From: an uncultured virus (IMG/VR IMGVR_UViG_3300028895_001288)
Taxonomy: Duplodnaviria > Heunggongvirae > Uroviricota > Caudoviricetes
Direction: 5' to 3' (one strand)
Length of the DNA stretch: 64,000 nt
IMG/VR virus record: IMGVR_UViG_3300028895_001288
The notes below the pieces were generated by a model. The model was not told where the DNA came from. It was given only the letters and a program-made list of their open reading frames with translations, and did no database searches. The position numbers were made by a program, and so were the translations under genes. This document shows positions 10,433 through 23,100 of the stretch, in pieces; positions within the stretch are counted from its first letter, which is position 1, and the number at the start of each line of letters is the position of its first letter.

Positions 10433-11450
10433 TGGCTAAGACGAAGAAAAAGAAAAAGAAGACGGAGAGGCCGGACACCGTCTGGGACAAGCTCCTGGAC
10501 GACGCCGTGCTGGACGTCGTGGCCGGCGCGAGGGGCAGGAAGTACAAGGAGGACGCGTACGAGAACATCAACACCGCCGTCATGGACGTGGAGACGGTCG
10601 TACGCGACATGTCGCGCAGGCTCAAGGAGCGCAGCGGGCTGGCGTTGCGGGTGCGCAGGGAGAACGCGTCCAGCACGGACGCGTCCATGCACCTGCTGAT
10701 CATCGACCCGGAGACACAGGGCATCATCGAGCGCGCGGCCACCCTGGTGGTCACCGCGAGCGCCATGGGGCAGGTGGCCGTGTACCAGACCGGCGGCCGG
10801 TCCTGTGAGAGCATCGCCATCTCGGACATGGAGAACATCCTGGCCGAGATGCTTCTTTCAGTAGGTTCCCCATTGAGAGAGTTCGTGATATGGAAGCTCA
10901 ACCAGCAACAGAAGAACGCGTGAACGATTACTGGGACAGGCCCTTCGCCGACCTGATGTTGAGCGTGGTGGCCGGGTTGAAGGGCAAGCGCCCGCGGGTC
11001 AAGAAGACCGAGAACTGGAGGTTCAAGGACGACACGCTCAAGCAGTGCGTGGGCGACATCTCCAACCGCCTGTTCAACGAGTGTCAGTGGAGCCTGCGGA
11101 TGGAGGAGAACATCATGCGCAGGCGCGAGCCGCCGAACGGCGGCAGCGAGTTCATCGAGGACGGCGTGACGCGGTACAACCTGGTGCTCATCAACGAGTA
11201 CCTGGCCATCATCAGCACGTTGCTGAGGGTGTCGTTCAGTGCGGGTGACAACCTGTTCTACATCACCCCGTTTTACTCCAAGCGCAAGACCGTCAAGGCG
11301 GAGCTGGGTGCGCTGCCGCAGGTGCTGGCGGAGACGCTGATCGGCGAGCACGGTGTGATGAAGGAGTACCTCGTGTGGCGGCTGCAGCGCATGCAGCGCA
11401 TCCAGAACAGGAAGGATAACCATGAAGATAAAGCCGGGCAAACTGGGTAA
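10429..11450 (+). other. Two hypothetical genes (10429-10923, 10920-11450), distant paralogues
   Basis: Shared WD...D near the N-terminus and ILAEML...REFVIWKL / VLAETL...KEYLVWRL at the C-terminus. Confidence 0.6.
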
Positions 11451-11694
11451 GACGAAGGCGATCTTCGAGCGCAGGCTTAAGATCCTGTGGCTGTTGACTT
11501 ACGACGAGACGCGCTGGCGCGTGCCCATGGACGTGGGCGGCACCGACAGCAGTCATCACAGCAAGGACCTGACCCGGATGGTGAAATTGGGCCTGGTGGA
11601 CCGCAAGCACTTCCAGGTCGGTTTCTCCGGCGGGCACTGGCGCTATCGCATCAACGGCGTCGGGCTGATGTTTCTGAGGGCACACAAGAAATGA
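11422..11694 (+). CDS. Winged-helix-like DNA-binding protein
   Basis: ILWLL...DLTRMVKLGLVDR...YRINGVGLMFL pattern. Confidence 0.6.
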   Translation: MKIKPGKLGKTKAIFERRLKILWLLTYDETRWRVPMDVGGTDSSHHSKDLTRMVKLGLVDRKHFQVGFSGGHWRYRINGVGLMFLRAHKK

Positions 11695-12242
11695 GTGATC
11701 GCGTTTGGGACAGTGCTGAAGAAGTGGATTTCAAGGTGGTGAGCTTCCCGTACAGCCACGCGGAGCCGTTGGGCGGCCCCGAGGAGCCCACTTCCGGCGG
11801 GGTGGCGTTCAGCGTGTTGTCGGACTACACGATGCACGTGCAACCGGTTGACGTGTTCAACGGTTATCTTCTGAAGAGGTGCCTCGTGCTGCCCGGACAC
11901 CCGGCCACGCTCAGGAAGCTCGCCAAGGTGTTGACCGATCAGGCGCTCAAGATCGAGACGGACGAGCTGACCAGGGGCGCGCCGTTGAAGCGTTCCAACG
12001 TGTTCGGGAACGTCGATTTGGGCAAGACCCGGCTGGTCAGGATGCGGCGGTTCGACTTGCTGGCGCACCTGGCAAGAGGTTGGCGCCATATAGGCTCGGA
12101 CCGGAAGCGGGACATGCGTTGCCTCAGCAAGCTGGGCTTCGTCGAGAGCAGGTCAGGTCGTGACGCCAACGGGCGTTATCAATGGCGAGCCTCGAAGAAG
12201 GGGCGTGCGTTTCTCAAGCGATGGGGTGTCGATGCCGATTAG
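11691..12242 (+). CDS. Chimeric protein: array-C-type motif plus C-terminal winged helix
   Basis: LPGHPATLRKLAKVLTDQALKIETDELTRG matches the array C motif; C-terminal LSKLGFVE...WRASKKGRAFL resembles 11422-11694. Confidence 0.6.
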   Translation: MSDRVWDSAEEVDFKVVSFPYSHAEPLGGPEEPTSGGVAFSVLSDYTMHVQPVDVFNGYLLKRCLVLPGHPATLRKLAKVLTDQALKIETDELTRGAPLKRSNVFGNVDLGKTRLVRMRRFDLLAHLARGWRHIGSDRKRDMRCLSKLGFVESRSGRDANGRYQWRASKKGRAFLKRWGVDAD

Positions 12243-15130
12243 CGAAGAGGAAAAGAGACGCAGGGAGATCGTGGCGAAGTGGCTGGACGTACCGCTCCCG
12301 CCCGAGCCGACGGAGGAGGAGAAGAAGGCCTACGAGCGCGAGTGGAAGCGTAGGCGCCGGAACCCGCTGGGACGCAGGAAGTACTGGGCGCGTTCCAGCG
12401 CGGGGGTGCACCTGAACAACACCTTCATCTACGGAGACGGGCGATGTTAGCGATAATGGACGGGTTTTTGGGCAGCGGCGGATTTCAGGACGGCAAGCAG
12501 GGACACATCCAAATGCCGGACGCATTGATGGGGCTGTTCTCCGACACGGGCAAGGTGGCCGTGGGGGCGATGTCCAGAGAGACGTGGACCTCGATGCTGC
12601 ATTCCAGGTTGAAACTCCATGGGCTGAAAAAGTTCATGGAGCTGCTGAGCGAACATACGGCCCCCGTTTTTGGTGACGAGATCCTGGCAATGTTCAGGGA
12701 GATGGGGACGCTCGCCAAGGAAGGGGACAGGGAGTCGTTGAATCGTTGCGCCGACCTCATCAAGGACATTTGGGAAATGACGGACATGTTCAACGAAAAG
12801 AACTTCACACGCATAGGGGAAGAGTGATGCCCGGACCCGTGTCCGACAGCTACGACCCCGAGTGGGGTACGTCATCGAACGCCGACGACATACGGTTGGC
12901 GCTGAAGCACATGCATAAGAGATTGGGCGAGGTGATCGGCGGCCCGCCACACTTCATCCTGGACGTGGTTCATCGGGAAGAGCCGGGTCCGCCGATCACC
13001 GAAACGTTCACCGAGCAGGAGTGGCGCATCCTGCGCTTCGCCTGCGAGCGTGCGAGTGAGAACTTGTGATCGACCTGCGTAGGTACCCGGCGCTGTGGGG
13101 CAACTACCCCATACAGAAGGGGCCGTTCAAAGATCCTGACTGGGACGTGTCGGCCAACACGGCGCTGTTCCTGTATCTGAGCGAGCTGCACACCTTCGAT
13201 CCCGTGACGGACTTCATGTGCTTCGAGGACCTGCGGGAGATGCTGAAGCGGGAGCCGGGCGACGACTTCTTCCAATTGAGGTGGGTCGACAAGTTCGAGG
13301 GTGTGGCCAGCGAGATGGTGCGGGCCGAGCGCTTCAGGCGGGGCGTGCAGGCCGTGGATTGGGTGTTGAAGCTGGAGGACGGGCAGATACGCGTGGAGGT
13401 GACGACATGAGCCTGAAGTTGAGCCATAGCAGCGACGCTTCGCACACCATCACGGCGAAGACGTGGACGGCCGACCACGTGATGTTGTTCTCGAAAGAGC
13501 TGTCGAGCAGTCACGGGATCGAGATCGACATGCGCGACTTCTGCGAGCTGGTGCTGTACGTGCTGACCAATACGGATCTCGACCCCATGGACCCGCGGGT
13601 CAGGCTGGTCAACCTCATCCGGGAGATGAAGATCGTGGAGGGCCACAACGGCGAGGGTACGGGGAGGTTTGCCTGTGTTCAAGGCTGCGCTGTGGATGCA
13701 GAAGAAGGGCACGTCCGAGGCTGACAAGCTGGCTGACGCCGTGGTGCTGGAGGTGGGCGAGCCCAATGACCCCGTGCTCATCAACGAGCGGTTCGGGTGG
13801 GACGACAAGTGGGCTGTGGTGCGCGTTATCCCTGGCTATGACGACAGGATTAGCCACATCGAGCAAAACTACTGGGGCGTTCCGTACAACGTGAACCACG
13901 ACTGGCTGGCCGTGGACGCCTACCTGAAGGTTAGGAGAGCGAAGGATATGGAGGAGATGTTTCCGCGCCCGCAGTTCACGGGGACGTGGGTGTGGGGACC
14001 CGACGACCGATGTAGTGGCAAGCGGCTGTTGGTCTTCCGCGACCGATGGATCACGACCGTGGATTCCACCAATTTGTTCGACTTCAACGGCCGCGCGTAC
14101 TTCATACCGGGGAGAAGCTCATGTTCAGATGTTCCCGAGTCACCCTGAGCGAAGGCTACAAGGAGGTCGCGCGCACGGAGTGGCCCATGATCGTGCTGGA
14201 GGAGGGCGACCCGGACGACCCCGTGGTGCTGTACGAGCTGTTCAAGTGGCACGAGGACAACATCCTCTACCGGCTGGTCGACATAGACAGGGTCTATGAC
14301 CGGGCCGAGGTGCGCGTCGATGCGCCCATGGGCCGCCCGATTTCCATGCGCTGGCTGGCCGCGCGGCAGGACCGCAGGCTGGACGCCGACCTGGCGGACG
14401 GACACAAGCCGATGGTCAGTTTCGACGGACAGCTGCTGGTGCCGTCCGAGACCAGCTCGAACGGGGAGAAGGACACGTTCCCCGTGGAGGGCAACATCAT
14501 GATCTATACGGCCTACTACGTTCAGCCGATGGATGTTACGGGCACGTCGGGGTCGACGGGGTTGCAGCCGGGTTGGACGACGAATCGTCCGCCGAGGAAG
14601 TTAAACAAGCCGCCCAAGATGGGCATGGTCGAACACCGTTACAAGAACTACAGGAGACTGCGTGGGAACCATTAGCATCTGGGGACGTTACCTGGACAAC
14701 GAGCCGGAGAAGGTCGACTTCGCGCATAGCAAGAGCGGGGCCGAGTACCTGGCGGCGGAATACAAGCTGGCCTTCGGGCGGGACTGGAAGGTCTGGGCAG
14801 GCAGAAAGGACCAGGAGCCGAAAGATGAGCCGAAGTCCGATTACACTCGCGTCTGAGGCGTACATGCTGTTGAAGAACCCGCAGATGGACGGGAGCCACG
14901 TGCCCAAGGCGCGTGAGCGGATACGCGAGCTGCAGGACGAGCTTCGCAAGCAGGATGATTTCTTCCTTACGGTCTACCGTGACAGCGGTGGCAACGTGCA
15001 GGTGCACGCCGCCCCGGAGGTGGAGTGGGAGGAGTTCAGGGAGGCGAGCCACCTCGACGAGGAGGACATCCTCTTCCAGTTCGAGATCGAGGGGCAGATC
15101 ACCGGAGAGCCCAAGGTGACGAACTACTGA
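12232..15130 (+). other. Run of small hypothetical genes (incl. 12444-12827, 13066-13410, 13696-14148, 14121-14675)
   Basis: Coupled ORFs, no recognisable family. Confidence 0.6.
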
Positions 15131-15633
15131 TGAAAGATCGGACAGCTAGACACCGGACGAAGATATCGACACCCGTGGAGCGCTTGGTGGATGCGCGGCT
15201 TATTCTTCCAGCCGCTGACGGGTGGAACCCTCCCGACGTGATCTTGGATTACGGTTGCGGGTACGGGACCGACGCGTATTTCCTGCACGCAGATAGGTGG
15301 GACCCTTGCTACTTTCCCGATAGGGGGCCACTGAAAGACGAGCATTACAACGTAGTGTTGTGCACCTACGTCCTGAACATCCTACCTACGAAAGCAGAGC
15401 GACAAGCGGTACTCGATGACGTTTGCAGGTTGCTGCACCCTATTTTGGGCTGGGCGTACGTGACCGTGCGACGGGACGTAAAAGGTTGGCACCGCTCGTG
15501 GCGGGGCTGGCAGGGCAACGTCCAGATACCCGAGGGCGAGTGGACGGCCCGAAGTCTGTGGAAGACAGGCTGGTACGAAACGTACGAGATCACCAAGACT
15601 CCGGTGCCGGCATCGAAAAGGAGGAAGCGTTGA
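15130..15633 (+). CDS. Class I SAM-dependent methyltransferase
   Basis: VILDYGCGYGTDA motif I; YNVVLCTYVLNIL. Confidence 0.8.
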   Translation: MKDRTARHRTKISTPVERLVDARLILPAADGWNPPDVILDYGCGYGTDAYFLHADRWDPCYFPDRGPLKDEHYNVVLCTYVLNILPTKAERQAVLDDVCRLLHPILGWAYVTVRRDVKGWHRSWRGWQGNVQIPEGEWTARSLWKTGWYETYEITKTPVPASKRRKR

Positions 15634-15861
15634 AGAATCAAGGCATATGTCTGGACTACCCGGTGACCCGGGACGAAGTCATCAAGGTGCGGCTGGTGGA
15701 CGCCAAGCGCGTGTCCGTGTTCACGGACGCCGCCGTGCTGCGTATCTGCCCCGAGGCCCGCATCTCCGTGATGGGCCACAAGGGCGAGTGTCTGGCCAGC
15801 TTTCCCTGGCGGGAGGTGAAGGATGCCGGGGTGGTCATGATCCCGAAGGAAAAGGAAGGCG

Positions 15862-16632
15862 ATGTCATACGAACCTGAGCCTCAGGAGTGGACGGAGAAG
15901 TTTCCGTTCTCGCAGGAGTTGCAGGTGATCGACGCGCCCAGCTACAGGAAGTGGCTGGCCGAGGTGTGCCCGCAGATGAAGGGCGTCAAGCCGCTGCCGG
16001 GCCCGAAGATCTGTAAGGAAGGCATACCCATAGGCAAGTTCCGCTTCGGTGTGATGGAAATGAAGACACACCGCATGGGCAGCCCGTGGGAGGGGATGGG
16101 CATCCCGCTGCAGCTTTGTTCCGGCAAGCTGAGGAAGATGCGCAGCACGCTGTCGATCGCGCAGGGCCGAAAGCGCGGCGAGGTTGCGTTCACGGGGCCG
16201 GTGAAGATCCCCGTGCTGCACGACGAGTTCGGGAACGTGTGGATGTCCCTGACACCGATGGAGGTCATCACGCAGCGTGCCGGCGTGCGCAAGGCGAAGG
16301 GGCGCGTGCTGATGGGCGGACTGGGCATGGGCTGGCTGGCCCGCAAGGTCTGCGAGAAGAAGACGGTCAAGAGCCTGGTCGTGCACGAGAAGGACAAGGA
16401 CGTGGCCAACTTCTTCGGGGAGCAGCTCGTCCGCGACTTTGGCAGGAAGATCAACATCTTCGTCAAGGACGTCTATGCCGGGATGAACGGCAACACGAGG
16501 AAGTTCGATACGGTCCTGATGGACATCTGGTCGGACTTCCACGGAGCGGAGTACGACCACAAGTTCACAGAGTTGGTCAAGACCCATCCCCGCGTTTGGG
16601 GCTGGGGCTATCACCCGGAGAGGAGCTGGTAA
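15862..16632 (+). CDS. SAM-binding (spermidine-synthase-like) methyltransferase-fold protein
   Basis: RVLMGGLGMGW...LVVHEKD...FDTVLMDIW. Confidence 0.7.
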   Translation: MSYEPEPQEWTEKFPFSQELQVIDAPSYRKWLAEVCPQMKGVKPLPGPKICKEGIPIGKFRFGVMEMKTHRMGSPWEGMGIPLQLCSGKLRKMRSTLSIAQGRKRGEVAFTGPVKIPVLHDEFGNVWMSLTPMEVITQRAGVRKAKGRVLMGGLGMGWLARKVCEKKTVKSLVVHEKDKDVANFFGEQLVRDFGRKINIFVKDVYAGMNGNTRKFDTVLMDIWSDFHGAEYDHKFTELVKTHPRVWGWGYHPERSW

Positions 16633-19600
16633 TGGGAGCTGATCTTTGCGGGTACCTCGTCGAGGGCCCTGTTTCTCTAGACCCACAGAAGGTACTCAAC
16701 GCCATCAACCTGTTCACGCAGGTGCGGCAGAGGGCAGACGGCGTGCTGACGGATGGAGCGGACGCAAAAACCGTCTCCGAGATCCTTCGCGATCGAGGGG
16801 AGGGCGCGCGCTACTCCTCGTTGATATTCGGCGATCCGACCGAAGCGCAGCTTGACCTGCTTGAGCAGGTGGTGGATGCGGGACCAGACTTCGTCAACGA
16901 GTTCGTGGGGCTGTGGGAAGGCAAGATCGTGCGGCGCGACTTCTCGTGCCGGCGCTCGGCGTCGGACGCGGACGTTCAGCTGGCCTTCGCGGGCGAGCGT
17001 TCAGGTGGAGATGGGCCAGAGCCCAGTTCGGCCTGGTGGATGTTCATGGTCGCCGACGTAACCGGCGTATTGGAAGCACTGGAGATCGCTTGATGGACTA
17101 CGAAGCGCTCGCGAGAGCCGACGAGGCCCGGCGCATCGAGGAGGAGAGGGCCGCCAAGGCCAAGGCCGAGGCGTCCCGCTGTCCGTACTGCGGGGCGTGT
17201 CACGGCCACCACGTGGCCAACTGCGACGAGCTCAAGGCCATGGCCAGGAAGAGGTCGCGCACATGATCACGATCAAGCCGATGGAATGTGCACAGATCGC
17301 AGACCCGGACAAGTTCGCCAACATCGTGCTTCACGACACCCCCAGCCTGCCCGGCAAGGGGTGGTGCCTGCTCGCCGTCCTGTGGGAGGAGCGGGTCGAG
17401 CGCGAGACGGGCGACGCGGTCGTGTACCTGCCGCCCTACCAGAAGGACGGCTGCAGCTACAGCGCGACGCTGGAGAAGGAAGCCAACGTGCAGCATGTCT
17501 ACAAGGTCATGCGGCCCATGTTTCTGATGGGTCAGCTGACCGAGCCTGCCTTCGAGGAGCTACGGAACGAAGTCTCGGAGTCGAAGGACCGGATCAACGA
17601 AATGATGCGGGACCTGGACGACGCCAAAAGGGACCTGAAGAAAGTGTCTGAGGAGCTCGAGAAGGTCAGCAAGCGTCGCGACGAGCTGAACGAACACGCG
17701 AACAAGAGCCTGGCGCTCCAGAAGCACGCGGAGAACGAGTGCAAGAACGTGAAGGTTAAGCTGGACATCCTGAAGCAGGAGATCGGGGCCGCGCGCTGGC
17801 GCGAGATATTCGGCGAGGAGGTGAAGGATGCCTGACATTCCCGCGTTGAGGGAAGGCGACAAGAACAACTTCGCGATGCTGGAGAAGGCCGCCGAGCTGG
17901 GCGACCTGTCCCTGGTGTCGAGCATACGTAAAAGCGACGGTGCGCAGGTCGCTTTGGTGTGTGCCATGTCCGTGGAGGAAGAGGACGGCGAGCAGTTTTT
18001 CCGGCCGGTGCCGCTGGCCGTAATGATCGAGGGCAACCCCTACGAGGACTTCGAGGACCCAACCCAATGACCGTACTGGAGATGACCGAGAGGTTGAAGG
18101 AGCTGCCGCCGGACATGACGGTGTGCCTGGCGGACTGGAACGAGGGCTACCTTGCACCCAGCGAACCGCAGGCCGAGATCGTCAAGGTCCAGCAGGGGCA
18201 GTACATGGTGAAGAAGAACGGAAAGCTGCAGATTCTCTCCGGCGAGTTCGTGCAGATCGGTGAGGTATGATCAACAACCTTGATGGCTACATAGGCGGGG
18301 GCGGGGCGCTGCCCAACCCCCGCCTGGAGCTCGAGATCGACCTCGAGACCGGGCGCATGTCGCTGGAGAGTTCCAAGGAGGCGATCAAGTCGATCTCCAA
18401 CCCGGCCTACGTCAAGTACGGGGTCATCACGCTGGCGGAGTGGCGCGCGACGGCGCTGGCGACCATGTCTCAGGTGGGCGACGGCGCCTTCTTCCAGGAG
18501 TTCATCGAGCACGCGAAGAACATGATGGAGGGGGAGGGGGCGAAGGCGGAGATGGACCGTCTTCTCGAGGACACGGCCCGGTTCAGGGCCGCCGGGCTGT
18601 CGCCCGAGCAGCTCCTGGACAACATAATCAAGAGCGACGTCGGAGGACTACTCTTTTGATGGATGACGCGACGTACATGCAGGTGGTGTTGAACTTCACG
18701 CTGTTCGCGATCGGTATGATCGCGGGCATGCTCTTCGGCAAGCACATGTTCTACAGGCCGCCCCACAAACACAAGTTCTCGGAGTGGGCGCCGATAGAGC
18801 ACCCCTCCGCGGAGCGGTTCTACTGGGACTGCGGCCACAGGGAAAGGAAGCGAATCGACTGATGGGTGCATACTTCACAATCAGCGGGGAGTTTATTACC
18901 CGCACGAAGGCGACCAAGCGCGGCACGCAGGACGCCGTGGTCAACTGCTTCGACGAGGTCTGGCTCAGGTGCAATCTGGACCGGTACGTGTCTGTGGAGC
19001 GGCACGGCAAATACCGGCAGAAGGTCACGATCGAGATGGACTACGTGACCATCCGGCACTCCGATGCGGACGACATCATGAGGGGCTGGTTGAAGTGCTG
19101 TGAGATGATCATGGACCAGAAGGACATGGCCAAGGCCTCCGCCCGCTACTCGGGCGACGAGGGCGATACGGAGTACACGTTGCGGGCGGGCAAGCGGTAC
19201 CTGGTGCTCAACTCCCGGATCGACGTGCTCAACGGCAAGATCAAGGAGCTAGAGAAGGAGCGCGACAAGCTGGTCAAGGAACGGTCCGTCACGCACGTGG
19301 ACGAGTTCCACGGTTCCATCGTGGACGACGAGGACGAGACGGAGATGGAGATGACGGATGGCGAGTAAACGTTGGAAGGTACGCAGGAGCGTCTGGCCGT
19401 ATCCCGACGGGTACGCGGTCTACGACGCGAAGGCGAAAGTGGTTCTCGATTCAGGGTTGTCTCACGAGGAGGCACAAACCTTGTGCGACCGGATGAACGA
19501 GGAAGAGCGCGATGGCGAGTAAGGGTTTCAAGCTGCTGCCGCCCAAGCCCGGCGTCTGCCAGGAGTGCGCGGTGGACCACAAGCCGGGCGAGCCGCACAA

Positions 19601-20127
19601 CCCGGGCAGCATGTACTACCAGTATAAGTTCCACGGGGAGCACGGGCGCTGGCCCACCTGGAAGGACGCCATCGCCCACTGTGAGCCCGAGCTGCGCGAG
19701 GCGCTCAAGGAGGAGCTGATCCTCATGCAGGTCTGGGACCCCAAGTGGGACCAGCCCGAAGGCGAGGTGCCGGACGTGATGCCGGCCAACGACGGTTCGA
19801 TCGGGACCGTGACAATCGTGTCGACGGAGGACAAAGAGGATGACTGACGGCGACGGTACGCCGGCCAGCGCGCTGGCCGACGAGCTGGTTGCGAAGTTCG
19901 TGTTCGAGCCTGACGGCAAGGGCGACTTCCACTGCGAGACGGGGGAGCATTACCTGGCGGATAAAGTTGCCCGGCATATGGGGACCGACGCCGACCTTGT
20001 CGAGTCGTTCGCGAACATCTTCTTCAACCGCGTCATGGAGCGGTTCATGGAGCCACACTCCGAGCTGCACGCCAAGTGCCTGAAGCTGGTGGAGGAAATG
20101 AAGGAGAAGGAGGATGCCGACAATTAG
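16632..20127 (+). other. Run of small hypothetical genes (incl. coiled-coil 17263-17835, 18267-18659, 18862-19368, 19512-19847, 19840-20127)
   Basis: Coupled ORFs. Confidence 0.6.
19358..19522 (+). CDS. 54-aa hypothetical protein (MASKRWKVRR...), not in the ORF track
   Basis: Open frame filling the gap, coupled at both ends, flanked by the 12-bp direct repeat GATGGCGAGTAA. Confidence 0.7.
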   Translation: MASKRWKVRRSVWPYPDGYAVYDAKAKVVLDSGLSHEEAQTLCDRMNEEERDGE

Positions 20128-23100
20128 CATGAGGGCTGCCGGGCCCGGTACGTTGCGGGAGCACCCCATCGTACAGCACTTCCTGAAGCATTACCGTTCG
20201 CCGCATTTCTATACGCTGAGGACGTGCACGCGCTGCGATTATCAGATCGGGTATTTCGTCGACGAGAACGATCGCCTGTTCTACGACAGCGGCTGTGAGT
20301 GCACCTACCACAACGGCCCGAACATCGAGCCGCGCAGTTGGGAGATGCTGGTGGAGTACTTCCGTGCGCACCAGCCGGAGATGGACCTGCTGCTGGCCCT
20401 GAACATCGACCGGGCCGGCAACGACAATCCGATTGCGGAGGATGACGAACCCGAAGGGGAAGACGATGAATGACGACGTCTGCTGGCTGGTCACCGTGCT
20501 TCACGACGGGCGATTGCTCAAATGCGCCGTGAAGTTCAAGCGCGACAGCGTGCCCGGCGACATGGTCAGGTATCCTACGGAGTGGCGCACGGAGGTCGGA
20601 GAGAGGCTGTTGCCCGAGCACGTCAGGTCCGCGGGTCCGATCGTGGCCGTCGAGGAGATCTTCGAGGTGCACGTGCGTGGATGACAAGATGAGGGCGGTC
20701 TTGAGCTACATTGAGGAGCGCGTCGCTTCCAGGAACCTGGAAGAGGAAGTGGAGTGGTTCAAGAGGCGCCAACGGGCGGCCGAGATGGTTCCGGCGCTGA
20801 AGGACTTGCTGGTCAGGGAGGAGGCGTGGCTGTATCGCGTGACTGGCTGTACGGCCTGCTATAGCCACTGCAAGTTTCACATTCCCAGCCTCCGCAGGAA
20901 AGAGGAGCCTTCCCTGTTCGCGAGTTTGTGCAACTGTCACCAGTCCAACCTCATTGTGCTGGGATGGGAGGAGGTGGCGATGTTCTTCCTGAACCACCCC
21001 GGGCTGCTGGACCTGTACACGGCGTTCCAGATGGACGCCGTGGACGTAGAGGAAGCGAATGTCTGACCACTTGAAGAGTTTGCCGTGGTGGGAAGTTGAG
21101 CGGCTTTCACGGAAGTTGAGCGTAATGGCGCGGCGCCACTTCTCGGCGCACCGCCAGGGACGGCTCTACGCGCTCGAGCGTTGCAAGGAGTGTGGGGTGG
21201 CCGGAAAGGGGTGGTACATTGCCCTGAACGGGGAGCCGGTTTACCAGGACCGGTGTTTCTGTACGTTGAAGGGGGAGCGCAAGGACGACGTACATCGGGC
21301 GATGTGGGCCCACGTGGGCGATTTCCTGCTCCGGCACCCGCACCTGGCGGACATGCTGTTCGCGTTCGACATGGACGCCGTGGAAGTGGAGGAAGCCGAT
21401 GTTTGCTCCGAAGCACAGCGGGTCCCCGAGGCGGCGGGGGCGGCCCAAGTTCGAGAAGATCATCACGCCCAAGTTCACCAAGGACGTTGAGGAGCTCAAG
21501 AAGTGGGACACGGACATACGGGATATCCTCACGGACGACTCGATCATCCGTCAGTTCAGGGCCGAGGACCTGGCTCCGAGACTGCGGGAGCATTTCGAGA
21601 AGCACCGCCTTAGGCGTCTTTACCGCACGCACCGGTGCCCGCGCTGCAACGTGGCCGTCGGGTTCTTCCTGCCGGCCAAGGGCGAGCAACTGCGGGCGTC
21701 GTTGCGTTGCCATTGCGTGCTGAAGGGGGCACGTGACAAGTCGGCGCCGACCACGTTCGCGAACCTGGCCGATTTGCTGTTGGATCACAAGCGCGAGCTG
21801 GATGCGCTGCTGGCTTTCGACATGGACCTGATTGATCTGGAGGAAGCGTGAGCGTTCTGAAACGAATGCATGACAACGAGGGTGTGATAAACGCCCGGTG
21901 GGAGCTGGTCGACGCCCTGGTGAACCACTTCTATCTTCATCGCGTGGACAACATGTACAGGACCGGCCGGTGCTCGTGCGGACAGCCCTACGGCTACGTG
22001 ATGAATTCGCACGGACAGCTGAACTTCAAGGAGAGTTGCGTGTGCAACGAGAGCCCGATACGGGCCATGAAGAAGGTGCTCGCCCACACCTGGAGCGACC
22101 TGGCGGCCCTGCTCTACGGGAAGCAGCAAGAGCTGTCGATGCTGTTCGACTTTGACATGGACCTGCTTGATCTCAAGGAGGGCAACGGCGATTAGCCTGG
22201 TACGCGAGAAGTGGCGTGTGTCCCAGTTGTTGAAGGCGCATTTCGAGAAGCACCGGGTGAACAGGATGTACCGCGTGGGGCGGTGCGAGAAGTGCCGGAA
22301 GCCATACGGGTATCTGCTCACCACCCACGCGCTGTTGTTCCTGGAGCGGTGCAAATGCTGCCAGAACAAGCGCCGGGCCGCGAGGACGAAGTATGCGCAC
22401 AGTTTCGTGTGGATGGCCGGGGAGATGATGAGCAAGAAACGGGAGCTGTCGATGTTGCTCGACTTCGACATGGACCTGCTTGATCTGGAGGACGAAGGGC
22501 GTTGAGCAGCGTAAGCAAGGATGGTTGGGACCTGGCGTTCAAGCTGTTGAGGCACTTCCACGCTCACAGGATGAACAGGATGTACCGCACGGGCCGTTGC
22601 GACGCATGCAATTCTCCTTACGGGTATGTTCTGGAGGAGAAGAAGGAGAACGGCAAGCGGTGGAACTTGTTCTTCCGCGAGACTTGCGAGTGCTGGCGCG
22701 ACGGGTTGCGCCTGGGCCGGAAGGGTATGGTGCACAGCTGGTTCGACATCGCCAACGAGCTGCAGGACAGGGAACAGGAGCTTCACATGCTGTTCGACTA
22801 CGACTTGGACCTGGTGGATCTGCAAGATGGCACGCTTTCGCGAGCCTGACAAGTGGCAGGTGGGTGTACAGCTCTGCGCTCACAGCATGGAGCATTGTCT
22901 GAAGGGCCGTTTCTACCGATGGCGCCGGTGCGAGGACTGCGGGGAACCGATCGGGGTGTGGCTGCACTCCTGCTTCGACCCGAAGTACAGGGACGAGTGT
23001 ACGTGTGATGTCGGGGCGGCCCGCCGCCTTACGATCGGGAATAAGATGCTGTGGGGCGAGGTGGCGGAGGTGATCATGCGCACCCCGGCTGCGATCGACG

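Noticed and set aside
22120..22170. Beta-clamp-binding motif in array A tails (QQELSMLF)
   Set aside because: Resemblance holds in only two or three members; the conserved core is FDMD, not QLxLF
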